Part shown: positions 37,518-45,009 of the stretch, in pieces
How the letters are laid out: each line of letters begins with the position of its first letter
Numbering within the stretch: position 1 is the stretch's first letter
IMG/VR virus record: IMGVR_UViG_3300048927_000531
Length of the DNA: 64,000 nucleotides
Reading direction: 5' to 3' (one strand)
Origin: an uncultured virus (IMG/VR IMGVR_UViG_3300048927_000531)
Taxonomy: Duplodnaviria > Heunggongvirae > Uroviricota > Caudoviricetes
The notes under the pieces: model-generated
The model's input: the letters and a program-made list of their open reading frames with translations, nothing else
Databases searched by the model: none
Told to the model about the DNA's origin: nothing
Position numbers and translations under genes: made by a program

Positions 37518-38246
37518 TCAATGAGCTGGAATTTCGCCACGCTTCTCATAGACCAAGGTGGCCAAGTAATCAGCGGCGGAAAGAGCGCGTTCGATGTAAA
37601 TCCGGAACGAGTCAAAAGAGTACGAAAAATCAGCCCCAACCCCCGTGGTGGCGAGGAGCTGAGCCGAAGAAGGACCGAGTTTGTCGCGGAGATCCCCGCC
37701 AACTATCTGAATCTCTGCGCAGTCACCGGCAAGGCGAGCGCAGCGCAATCCGACAGCCGGCCGGACCGCGTGGAGCCTAGGGAGGAGCGAGACGATACGG
37801 TCGGTCTCAAGCTTGAGTTGCGGGCTGTCGGCAAGCTCGTCTCGGAGCTTGCTCAACGTCCAGATGTTCTCTTTCGCAAACCGTCCCCCGGGGCGGGTCT
37901 CCGCATCAAGCCAGGCGAGCTGTGTGTGGAGCGAGGCGATCTCACTCGCGAGGTAGTAAAGCATCACTACCTCTTCTGTCTCTCGCTCGGCTGCCTCCTT
38001 ATCTCTCCGCTCTTCGCGCTGTTCACGGGCTATGCGTTGCGCAGCCAAAGCGAGTTCGTTCGCCCTGCTCCCAAGACTAAATACTGCTATGGCGGAAACA
38101 GCAGTGACGACTACGGTCAGACCGGCAGCCACCAGCGCGGCGAGGCTCACAAAGAATCCCCACGCATCCCACCAAACGACGCAATCGCCGACTCCCGGCT
38201 CCATGCATGGACTCACGCCATTCCAAAGCTGCAACAACACACTCAT
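37518..38246 (-). CDS. Membrane-anchored hypothetical protein, cassette 1 (possibly truncated by a TGA)
   Basis: G-rich RBS; N-terminal TM plus coiled coil; lower GC. Confidence 0.65.
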   Translation of the reverse strand: MSVLLQLWNGVSPCMEPGVGDCVVWWDAWGFFVSLAALVAAGLTVVVTAVSAIAVFSLGSRANELALAAQRIAREQREERRDKEAAERETEEVVMLYYLASEIASLHTQLAWLDAETRPGGRFAKENIWTLSKLRDELADSPQLKLETDRIVSLLPRLHAVRPAVGLRCARLAGDCAEIQIVGGDLRDKLGPSSAQLLATTGVGADFSYSFDSFRIYIERALSAADYLATLVYEKRGEIPAH

Positions 38247-38308
38247 TTGCCAATCCCCCCTGTGGATTGGACGGCATTCTGCCATGACCCGGCAGCCGGA
38301 GGCGTGCC

Positions 38309-38506
38309 GTGCGTAACCAGCTCGACATTTTCAAAGACGACCCGGTCCGCAGGGCCAAAGCAAACCGCGAAGCCGCCGACCACGCGCTGCACGACAGGCA
38401 GTTCACCGAAAGCGAGTGCCAGGAGCGCGCTGCCTACCACACCCGAGAGGCAGAGCGATGGGCCAACCTCGCCTCACATTGCAGTATTCCGCTGCCGATG
38501 GACTAA
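38309..38506 (+). CDS. Small phage protein, copy 2 (MRNQLDI...)
   Basis: 134 of 154 nt identical to 37100-37253 by manual alignment. Confidence 0.7.
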   Translation: MRNQLDIFKDDPVRRAKANREAADHALHDRQFTESECQERAAYHTREAERWANLASHCSIPLPMD

Positions 38507-38553
38507 GCAGCAGAAGACAAGTCCCAATTCCAACGGGAATCCGTATGAAACCT

Positions 38554-39141
38554 CTACACGTGGCTTTTGAGCATTGCGCTCGCAAAATTGATGGACTGAA
38601 GCGCTCGGTTCAACGAGTCCTCGACCCGTCCCGCGGCCATGGTGAGGCGCGGCACAAAATGCGCAGCAAGCTCGGTTGCCGCGTGATGCTCACGGAATTC
38701 CTCAGCCATCATTTGAAGCTGGCTAATTCTGTACTGCGCGTCGGAAATTCCGAATGCTGCGTAGTCAGGAAGGAGATGCAATCGATCGCGCTCGCGATCG
38801 GCTACTCGCAGCGAAAGGCCTTCAAGAGCCTGTGCAATTCCGTTGCCAGCGGTCCAGCTTTCAACATCTTGCTTGTCAAGGTTGTTAATTGCCTCAATTG
38901 CAGACGACGCTTCGATAACGTCGGTCGCCACTTCGCTCAGAAGAAGACGCGACTCTCGCTCCAGCAAGAGGTTCTCCCTGTCTTGAAAGCGCCGAGTCAA
39001 TTGGAGCGAGGCGTTCGCAGTCCGATTCGCGGCTCTGCTGAGCATAAACACTGCTATGGCGCCAATGGCAGCGACGACAACCGCAGCCCAATCCGCAAGA
39101 TTTCCGGTGTCCATAGCCAGCGGACAGATTTCAATCGCCAT
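38554..39141 (-). CDS. Membrane-anchored hypothetical protein, cassette 2
   Basis: GGAGG RBS; ADWAAVVVAAIGAIAVF TM plus coiled coil. Confidence 0.7.
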   Translation of the reverse strand: MAIEICPLAMDTGNLADWAAVVVAAIGAIAVFMLSRAANRTANASLQLTRRFQDRENLLLERESRLLLSEVATDVIEASSAIEAINNLDKQDVESWTAGNGIAQALEGLSLRVADRERDRLHLLPDYAAFGISDAQYRISQLQMMAEEFREHHAATELAAHFVPRLTMAAGRVEDSLNRALQSINFASAMLKSHV

Positions 39142-39170
39142 GATCCCTCCCTTGTGCAACCAATTCTGCC

Positions 39171-40310
39171 ATGACAACGATCATTCACGGTGACTGCCTT
39201 GAAGTGATGCGCGGCATGGCAGAAAACTCGGTCGACGCCATCGTGACCGATCCGCCCTACGGCCTGTCGTTCATGGGCAAGCGCTGGGATTACGACGTGC
39301 CCAGCACCGAAATATGGGCCGAATGCCTGCGCGTGTTGAAGCCGGGCGGCCATCTCCTGGCGTTCGCCGGCACCCGCACGCAGCACCGCATGGCCGTGCG
39401 CATTGAAGATGCTGGCTTCGAGATACGAGACATGATCGCGTGGGTCTACGGCTCGGGGTTCCCGAAGTCGCACAACGGACCATGGGGCGGTACGGCGTTG
39501 AAACCGGCTATCGAGCCGATCACCATGGCGCGCAAGCCGCTGTCTGGCACGGTCGCTGCAACCTGGGGGGAACACGGCACCGCAGGGTTGAACATCGACG
39601 CTTGCCGGATCGAGACCTCAGACAAGCTCGGTGGTGGTGACCAATCCGCAGAGCCCAAAGCGGGGCCGGACGGCTGGCATCGCCCATGGATGCAGGATGA
39701 GCCAGCGAAGGCCGCCCACGCTGAGCGCTGCAATGCCAATGTAGCCAAGGCCGAGGCACTGGGTCGATGGCCGGCCAACTTGATTCACGATGGGAGCGTG
39801 GAAGTACTCGCGGCGTTCCCAGCGGCGCCAGGCCAGCAGGGTGACCTTCGAGGCCATTCCCGCGATCGCGTGTCGCTCGGCATCTATGGCGACATGGGTG
39901 CCGCGCGCGACGCCATCGCTCGGGCTGACAGCGGCAGCGCTGCCCGATTCTTCTACTGTGCCAAGGCCACGCGCGAAGACCGTAACGACGGCCTGGATTC
40001 CAGCACTGAGCCGGCCGTCGCCGCGCACGCGACGATGCGCGATCGCGACACTGCCAACTGGCAAGCGCGGAACGGCAACCACCACCCCACCGTGAAGCCG
40101 ACGGATCTCATGCGCTACCTATGTCGCCTGGTCACGCCAGCAGGTGGCCTGGTGCTGGACCCTTTCATGGGAAGCGGCAGCACCGGCAAGGCCGCAGTGC
40201 TCGAAGGCTTCCAGTTCGTCGGCATAGATGAAGACCCTACCTATGCCGCGATCGCTGAGGCGCGCATCCGTGTAGCGCAGCCCGGACTTTCATTCGGAGA
40301 TGTTGCATGA
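39171..40310 (+). CDS. Orphan N6A/N4C DNA methyltransferase (beta class)
   Basis: VTDPPY catalytic motif before LDPFMGSGST SAM motif; HPTVKP. Confidence 0.92.
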   Translation: MTTIIHGDCLEVMRGMAENSVDAIVTDPPYGLSFMGKRWDYDVPSTEIWAECLRVLKPGGHLLAFAGTRTQHRMAVRIEDAGFEIRDMIAWVYGSGFPKSHNGPWGGTALKPAIEPITMARKPLSGTVAATWGEHGTAGLNIDACRIETSDKLGGGDQSAEPKAGPDGWHRPWMQDEPAKAAHAERCNANVAKAEALGRWPANLIHDGSVEVLAAFPAAPGQQGDLRGHSRDRVSLGIYGDMGAARDAIARADSGSAARFFYCAKATREDRNDGLDSSTEPAVAAHATMRDRDTANWQARNGNHHPTVKPTDLMRYLCRLVTPAGGLVLDPFMGSGSTGKAAVLEGFQFVGIDEDPTYAAIAEARIRVAQPGLSFGDVA

Positions 40311-40894
40311 ACGCCACCAACTTCCCCACCGCACCAGACGCGGTGGTCAAAGCCACCAAGGCATCGTCACCGGTCGCCGCGGTGGTCGCCGCCATGCGTC
40401 GGATCGATCCGGCTGGCGGCCCTGTCGCCGCAGACCAGATCCGCGCCTGGGCCGACACCCTGATGGCCGAGCTTTACTCGGCTCACGTCGCACGCTGGGA
40501 GTACCGCCACGCGGACGACTTCGCGCCGGGCTGTTGGGCCGAAGCGAACGCCGAACAGGTCTGCTACGGCCCGCAGCGTGGCCTGGCCATTCGCGCTCTT
40601 TTCGAGAAGCCGCGCGTGCCGCAGCCGGAGGAGGAGCACGTGTTCCAGAACCGCACCTGCACCGTGTGTGGCGACCCCGAAGACTGGGCCGGCCCTGACT
40701 GCATGCCGCCGGCGCCGCCGGTAGATCCGCGCAGCCGGCTTCCGTTCGACCCGCGCTGGATGCTGCAGCCGCTGCAGTGGCTGCGTGATGCACCGCCACA
40801 CCTCAACCATTACGACAGGCGTCACAGGTCCAGACAGGCCGCTTTCCTGCTGGAAAAGCTGGAAGCCCACATTACGGAGTGCGAAAAGCCATGA
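40307..40894 (+). CDS. Hypothetical phage protein
   Basis: ATGA-coupled; CTVC motif. Confidence 0.55.
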   Translation: MNATNFPTAPDAVVKATKASSPVAAVVAAMRRIDPAGGPVAADQIRAWADTLMAELYSAHVARWEYRHADDFAPGCWAEANAEQVCYGPQRGLAIRALFEKPRVPQPEEEHVFQNRTCTVCGDPEDWAGPDCMPPAPPVDPRSRLPFDPRWMLQPLQWLRDAPPHLNHYDRRHRSRQAAFLLEKLEAHITECEKP

Positions 40895-41202
40895 CTCAGA
40901 AGCAGATCAGCCATCCCGAAGGCCTGCCCAACTGCGCCGCCGGCCACCGCGCGCGCCATATTCACGACGAGCGGCGAGCGAGCGCCGGTGGTGGTCACTT
41001 GGTCGAATGCTGCTGCAGGTCGACCAGCAAGAAGGCAGACGCCGAGGCGGCGTTGGCCGAGTGGCGTCGGATCAATAGGCCGGCGCGGAGCCCGCGTGCT
41101 GCGCCGATCGCGCCCGGCAACGTTGTGCAGTTCAAGCTGAGCTTGGCCGAGCAGTCACAGAATCCGCAGCGCGCGACGGGAGGCGGATATGGGCGCCGCT
41201 GA
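40891..41202 (+). CDS. Hypothetical phage protein (Cys/His-rich)
   Basis: MTQKQISHPEGLPNCAAGH...HLVEC. Confidence 0.6.
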   Translation: MTQKQISHPEGLPNCAAGHRARHIHDERRASAGGGHLVECCCRSTSKKADAEAALAEWRRINRPARSPRAAPIAPGNVVQFKLSLAEQSQNPQRATGGGYGRR

Positions 41203-41404
41203 AAAGCTTGAAGAGCTGCTGTCACTGGACCGCGTGCGGCAGGTGACCGGCATGGGCACCACCTTCATCTACGGCGAGATCAAGGCCGGCCGCTTTCCGC
41301 GATCAATCCGCATCGGAAGGCGTGCACTCTGGATACAATCCGAGGTGCAAGGCTGGGTTCGGCAGCAGATCGCCCTGAATCGGCCTGCGCAGGTGGATGG
41401 GTAG
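41189..41404 (+). CDS. alpA: AlpA-family regulator / recombination directionality factor
   Basis: V...TGMGTTFIY..IKAGRFPRSIRIG...W..SEV..W. Confidence 0.9.
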   Translation: MGAAEKLEELLSLDRVRQVTGMGTTFIYGEIKAGRFPRSIRIGRRALWIQSEVQGWVRQQIALNRPAQVDG

Positions 41405-41434
41405 GCGGGCGGGTAGCAATAGCTGAGACAAAGA

Positions 41435-41460
41435 AAAAGCCCCTATTTCCAGGGGCTTTT
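41435..41460. terminator. Bidirectional hairpin terminator next to att
   Basis: AAAAGCCCCT-6nt-AGGGGCTTTT perfect 10-bp stem. Confidence 0.75.
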
Positions 41461-41469
41461 CGGAAATTC

Positions 41470-41487
41470 TGGCGGAGAGAGTGGGAT
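41470..41487 (-). repeat. att site: 3' end of tRNA-Ser (ATCCCACTCTCTCCGCCA)
   Basis: Reverse complement reads as T-arm/acceptor end with CCA; sequence beyond it is not tRNA. Confidence 0.8.
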
Positions 41488-41812
41488 CGGATCACCACCG
41501 ATCTAACCGATTCTATCCGTTGCAGAAAGCCTCTTCGGCAGGTTTCCTTGGGATGTTTCCTCGATCATAGCCAGTCCGGGGTACGGTTGGTACTGCTTCC
41601 CCCGGTGACCAAGCCTCCCCCGATGGAGGAGCGGTCGGCTAGCAAACTAGCCAACCGAGGCCACTGATGGCAGCGGGTTCGGAATACATCTAAGGGCGAG
41701 ATCTATGCTCGAATTAGATGTTCAGATATGTGAAATTTCTCTCATTTCTCATTTGGCGACTATGGGTATGGGTGCTTGGATGGGGCCGTCCACCAACGAA
41801 AAGGAAGGCTTT

Positions 41813-42142
41813 ATGCACCACGACACACAGCTCCACATCGCCAGCCAATTGCTCAGCGCCCTCATGGTTAACACCTCGAGTCGGGACATCGACGATCGGG
41901 ACGTAGATGTTCGACATGCTTTGGATCTCGCCGCCGAACTGATGAGGCAGTGGGAGCCGACTACGCCCCCAGGGGGCTGCACTCCCCCGCCCGCAACTGG
42001 CAGATCGCAGAGCATGATTGTTGACCGCTCACTCCCACCACCGGAAATGCCAGAATCAATGGAGCAATGGCGGAGCAGCAGGATCAACACACCGATGCCC
42101 GGTCCGAAGCCAAAGCTGGGCAGACGACCTGGTCTGCACTGA
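41813..42142 (+). CDS. Hypothetical protein
   Basis: AAGGAAGG RBS; helical N-terminus, Pro-rich tail. Confidence 0.5.
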   Translation: MHHDTQLHIASQLLSALMVNTSSRDIDDRDVDVRHALDLAAELMRQWEPTTPPGGCTPPPATGRSQSMIVDRSLPPPEMPESMEQWRSSRINTPMPGPKPKLGRRPGLH

Positions 42143-42178
42143 GTAAGAAGTGGCCCCGCAACTGCGGGGCCACTGGCT

Positions 42179-43726
42179 CTATGGATTCGGCGGCGCCGAC
42201 GGACGCGATGGTCGCCCAGGCCGAGACACCTGCGGGACCCTACGCACCGACGGCGACACGAATGCGGGCAACTCACCGCAGGACTGAGCCAACTCCGACG
42301 CTTGTTGAAGGATGTCTCTTTCGGCGGCGTCCAGCGCCAGCTGAGTCGCCCTCTCTTGGGCCTTAGCCAACTCGATGGACCGCATCTCGAGCACAGCCAG
42401 ACGCCTCCCTCGGCGCCTGGCCCATTCCTTGGGCGACCACTGGCTCCCCTCTCGCGCGTGGTCCGCGTTGAAGCCCTCCCACTGCTGCTGCGCCATGTGG
42501 TGAAGCCGGTCTGCTCGCCGAACCGCGCTCTCCCTCCTCCCCCTTCTCAGCAACGCCTGCTTGAGCTTGCGGATCTTGACCGCAACAGATGCGACCAACG
42601 GGCGTGCCTGGGCGGTGTCACCAAAGCGGACCACGTGACGGCGCACACCCGCAAGCCACTCCCGAACAACGCCCAAAGCCAAGTCCGCGCGGGCTTGGGT
42701 AATCTCCCACAGCTCTCTCAGTGCAACATCAATCCACTCGAGGCAGTTCCACTGCCTCGGGGGGCGCTCTGACCCCAACACCCCCTTCTCAATAGGAGGT
42801 AGGCGAATGCCCATCACTCCCTCAATCCTGAGATCGCCGACCACGAGGAACGGCGCGTCAGACTTCTGCTTTGCTCGCTCAGCGAGTGCAGCCCGGTGAT
42901 CGTGCGTGGGAGGAAGTCCAATGGCCCGCCCCTCCGCCACAGCGTCTTGGAGCAGCGATTCGAATTCTTCGTCGTTCTCCTGCTGAATCGACAGGTTGGT
43001 CTCTTCAACGTGGGTGGCCTGGCCTTTCCTGGCAAGCGCCGTCGCGACCTTTCCTTGGTGACGGGTAGGCTCCCTGGATAGCAGCGTTGCCCGAAGTGGA
43101 TCCCCCTCTAACAAGGCCATCTGAGACTGCTCTTCCAAGCTGCGGTGGTCCACGCGGGACCGGATGCCAGCCGCCTCCAGATGCGAGTTGATCGTGGACG
43201 CCACCGTCTCGCGAACCCACTCCACCTCAATCCTGCCCGTGGGCCCGCCGTCCAGCTCCTTGGTCTTGTCACAAAAGCCTTGCTCAGTGATTCGGCGCGT
43301 GCTGGCAAGGATGTGTACGTGGTGGTTCAGGCCGTTCGGCATTGCGGGCGCATGGATGCTGGCTTGGACGGCAAATCCATAGCGCTCCACCAACACGTTT
43401 GCTATCGCCCAAGCGAGTTCACTGCGCTGTTCTGCATCCAGTTCGTGCGGCAGAGACACCTCGAACTCGCGTGCAATCGTGGCGTCTTTGCGACGCTCGG
43501 CTGCTTCGACCGCGGGCCAGAGTTCGCCTGGAATCAAGGCCCATGGTGGCGCTCCTGGAGGCACTAGGCACATGCTTGCGACGACACCACTGCGGCGCTG
43601 ATAGTCGTGCACTTGTCCTGTCTGAAAGTCTTTAAGGCGCAGGCCGCCGCGGTAGGCGGCCGCCGCGACGGCGGACTGGCCTCGCGCACGGCTGAAGGTT
43701 TTGACGCTGGTGTGGTAGATAGCCAT
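42179..43726 (-). CDS. mobA: MobA/MobL (MOBQ) relaxase
   Basis: MAIYH...SAVAAAAYR, AREFEVSLPHEL, IH...NHHVHIL, RVDHRS. Confidence 0.92.
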   Translation of the reverse strand: MAIYHTSVKTFSRARGQSAVAAAAYRGGLRLKDFQTGQVHDYQRRSGVVASMCLVPPGAPPWALIPGELWPAVEAAERRKDATIAREFEVSLPHELDAEQRSELAWAIANVLVERYGFAVQASIHAPAMPNGLNHHVHILASTRRITEQGFCDKTKELDGGPTGRIEVEWVRETVASTINSHLEAAGIRSRVDHRSLEEQSQMALLEGDPLRATLLSREPTRHQGKVATALARKGQATHVEETNLSIQQENDEEFESLLQDAVAEGRAIGLPPTHDHRAALAERAKQKSDAPFLVVGDLRIEGVMGIRLPPIEKGVLGSERPPRQWNCLEWIDVALRELWEITQARADLALGVVREWLAGVRRHVVRFGDTAQARPLVASVAVKIRKLKQALLRRGRRESAVRRADRLHHMAQQQWEGFNADHAREGSQWSPKEWARRRGRRLAVLEMRSIELAKAQERATQLALDAAERDILQQASELAQSCGELPAFVSPSVRRVPQVSRPGRPSRPSAPPNP

Positions 43727-43824
43727 TGAGATCTCCGTGATTGGTCGGAGTCTTTATGCTTTTGTTTTTTCTCTTCGCAAGCGGGAATCCGCTTGGGGTC
43801 CAAGGGGCGAAGCCCTTTGCGCAC

Positions 43825-43854
43825 GTGTAACGGAGTTACACCTAAGTGCGCTCT
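43825..43854 (+). other. oriT of RSF1010/MOBQ type
   Basis: GTGTAAC-GGA-GTTACAC inverted repeat followed by CTAAGTGCGCTCT, matching the TAAGTGCGCCCT nic motif. Confidence 0.85.
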
Positions 43855-43986
43855 TGCATTATTCTTTTAAGCATATTTTTTGAGCGCTCATTGAGCGTTG
43901 CACGTTCGTACATTTTCAGATGCGAGCGATCTTGACGGCACCAACTTCTTTGGTTGACTGGTTTCAACCTCATGAAGGAATTCACC

Positions 43987-44298
43987 ATGACCGCAACCAA
44001 TCAATACCATGAGCGCATCCAGAGGGCCACGGAGCGGCTCGCCCAGCTTCAGGCGCGCGAGCTGTTGGCATCACAACGCCAAGCGAGCAAAGCCAAGCAA
44101 GCCCAGCGTCAGGAAGAAGCGCGCCGCCGCCGCCGTGTCGCAGCGCTTGTTTACTTGGCTGCTGCAGAAACACTGGATGACGCAGAACTCTTGGGCGCGC
44201 TCTTGATCCACCAGCAGAGCCGCATCGATGAGGAGATCCGAAAGGATGCCCGCGTCGTCGGCAAGGCGAAGCTGCAGGATTCCATCTCTCCACATTGA
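43987..44298 (+). CDS. Mobilisation accessory protein (TraD/MobC-like)
   Basis: Divergent from mobA across oriT; coiled coil plus LDDAELLGALL. Confidence 0.6.
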   Translation: MTATNQYHERIQRATERLAQLQARELLASQRQASKAKQAQRQEEARRRRRVAALVYLAAAETLDDAELLGALLIHQQSRIDEEIRKDARVVGKAKLQDSISPH

Positions 44299-44412
44299 AG
44301 CGTTCGATCTGATCCGAGTGCTGACTGCCAAAAAACTGGACGGCCAGTCTTTCGGTCACTTCTCTCTACGTTTCCTGTGGACTGACTGAGTCCGGACCCG
44401 GCCAGGGCTTTC

Positions 44413-44640
44413 CTATATGGCCCAAGCTAATACGACCTTCCCGAGGCCCACCGCTGATCCCAATCCCCCGAGCAGGAGAAAAGCTGCGGGCACGCAGCAA
44501 CCCAAGGCCTTCCCCATTTTTCGCTGGCGTCCCGCTCGCGTGAGCGGCACACCAATCTGTCTGGACAACTTGGATTTTGCGGCTGACAAGCCGCTTGCTC
44601 GTTTCCAAGAAAAGCTTGGTATTCCTCTCCGCCTTCCCAT
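44413..44640 (-). CDS. Small basic membrane hypothetical protein
   Basis: FSWKRASG...KLSRQIGVPLTRAGRQRK.G plus C-terminal TM. Confidence 0.65.
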   Translation of the reverse strand: MGRRRGIPSFSWKRASGLSAAKSKLSRQIGVPLTRAGRQRKMGKALGCCVPAAFLLLGGLGSAVGLGKVVLAWAI

Positions 44641-45009
44641 TGCATCCTCCTTGAGCAGCACTTCGTCGACTTGTCTCCCAGACTACTTTATCGCAACGTC
44701 CACGGAGGTCCTGGGACGCCAATCAGCGGAAACCCCACATGTTTTCCGCATGACCCCAAATCGACGGGAGCCGGGATTGGCAAACCAGGTCAAAGGCTTC
44801 CCGAGTCAGATCCGTCCCTATAGAGATTTCGGTCCAGCTCCGTGAAGAGTCTGAGCCCGCATTCAGCGACCTCCAAGAATCGCCTCTCGGACCAAACGCG
44901 CTGGAGATGAGGCGGCTCGGCCTGCCTTACCGTGGAAAGCAAGCCGGGCATCGGCTCCGCCTCTGGCGTTATTATGGCCTTCAAGGAAGCGCCGTAGGCA
45001 GGGGGCCAC

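Larger units (their letters stand above)
1..41487. mobile_element. Lambda-like (siphovirus) prophage, left end outside window
   Basis: Contiguous terminase, portal, S49 protease, capsid, tail, lysis, replication and cI/cro modules in lambdoid order; ends at a tRNA 3'-end repeat. Confidence 0.95.

Noticed and set aside
37100..38462. DGR template/variable repeat pair
   Set aside because: Differences are mostly synonymous third-position changes, not adenine-specific, and there is no RT
37161..38570. 469-aa plus-strand ORF
   Set aside because: Antisense shadow of cassette 1 that crosses both carrier-gene copies out of frame; no RBS or recognisable motifs
41470..41560. Complete tRNA-Ser gene
   Set aside because: Only 18 nt of the 3' end match; no TTCGA loop or cloverleaf continues
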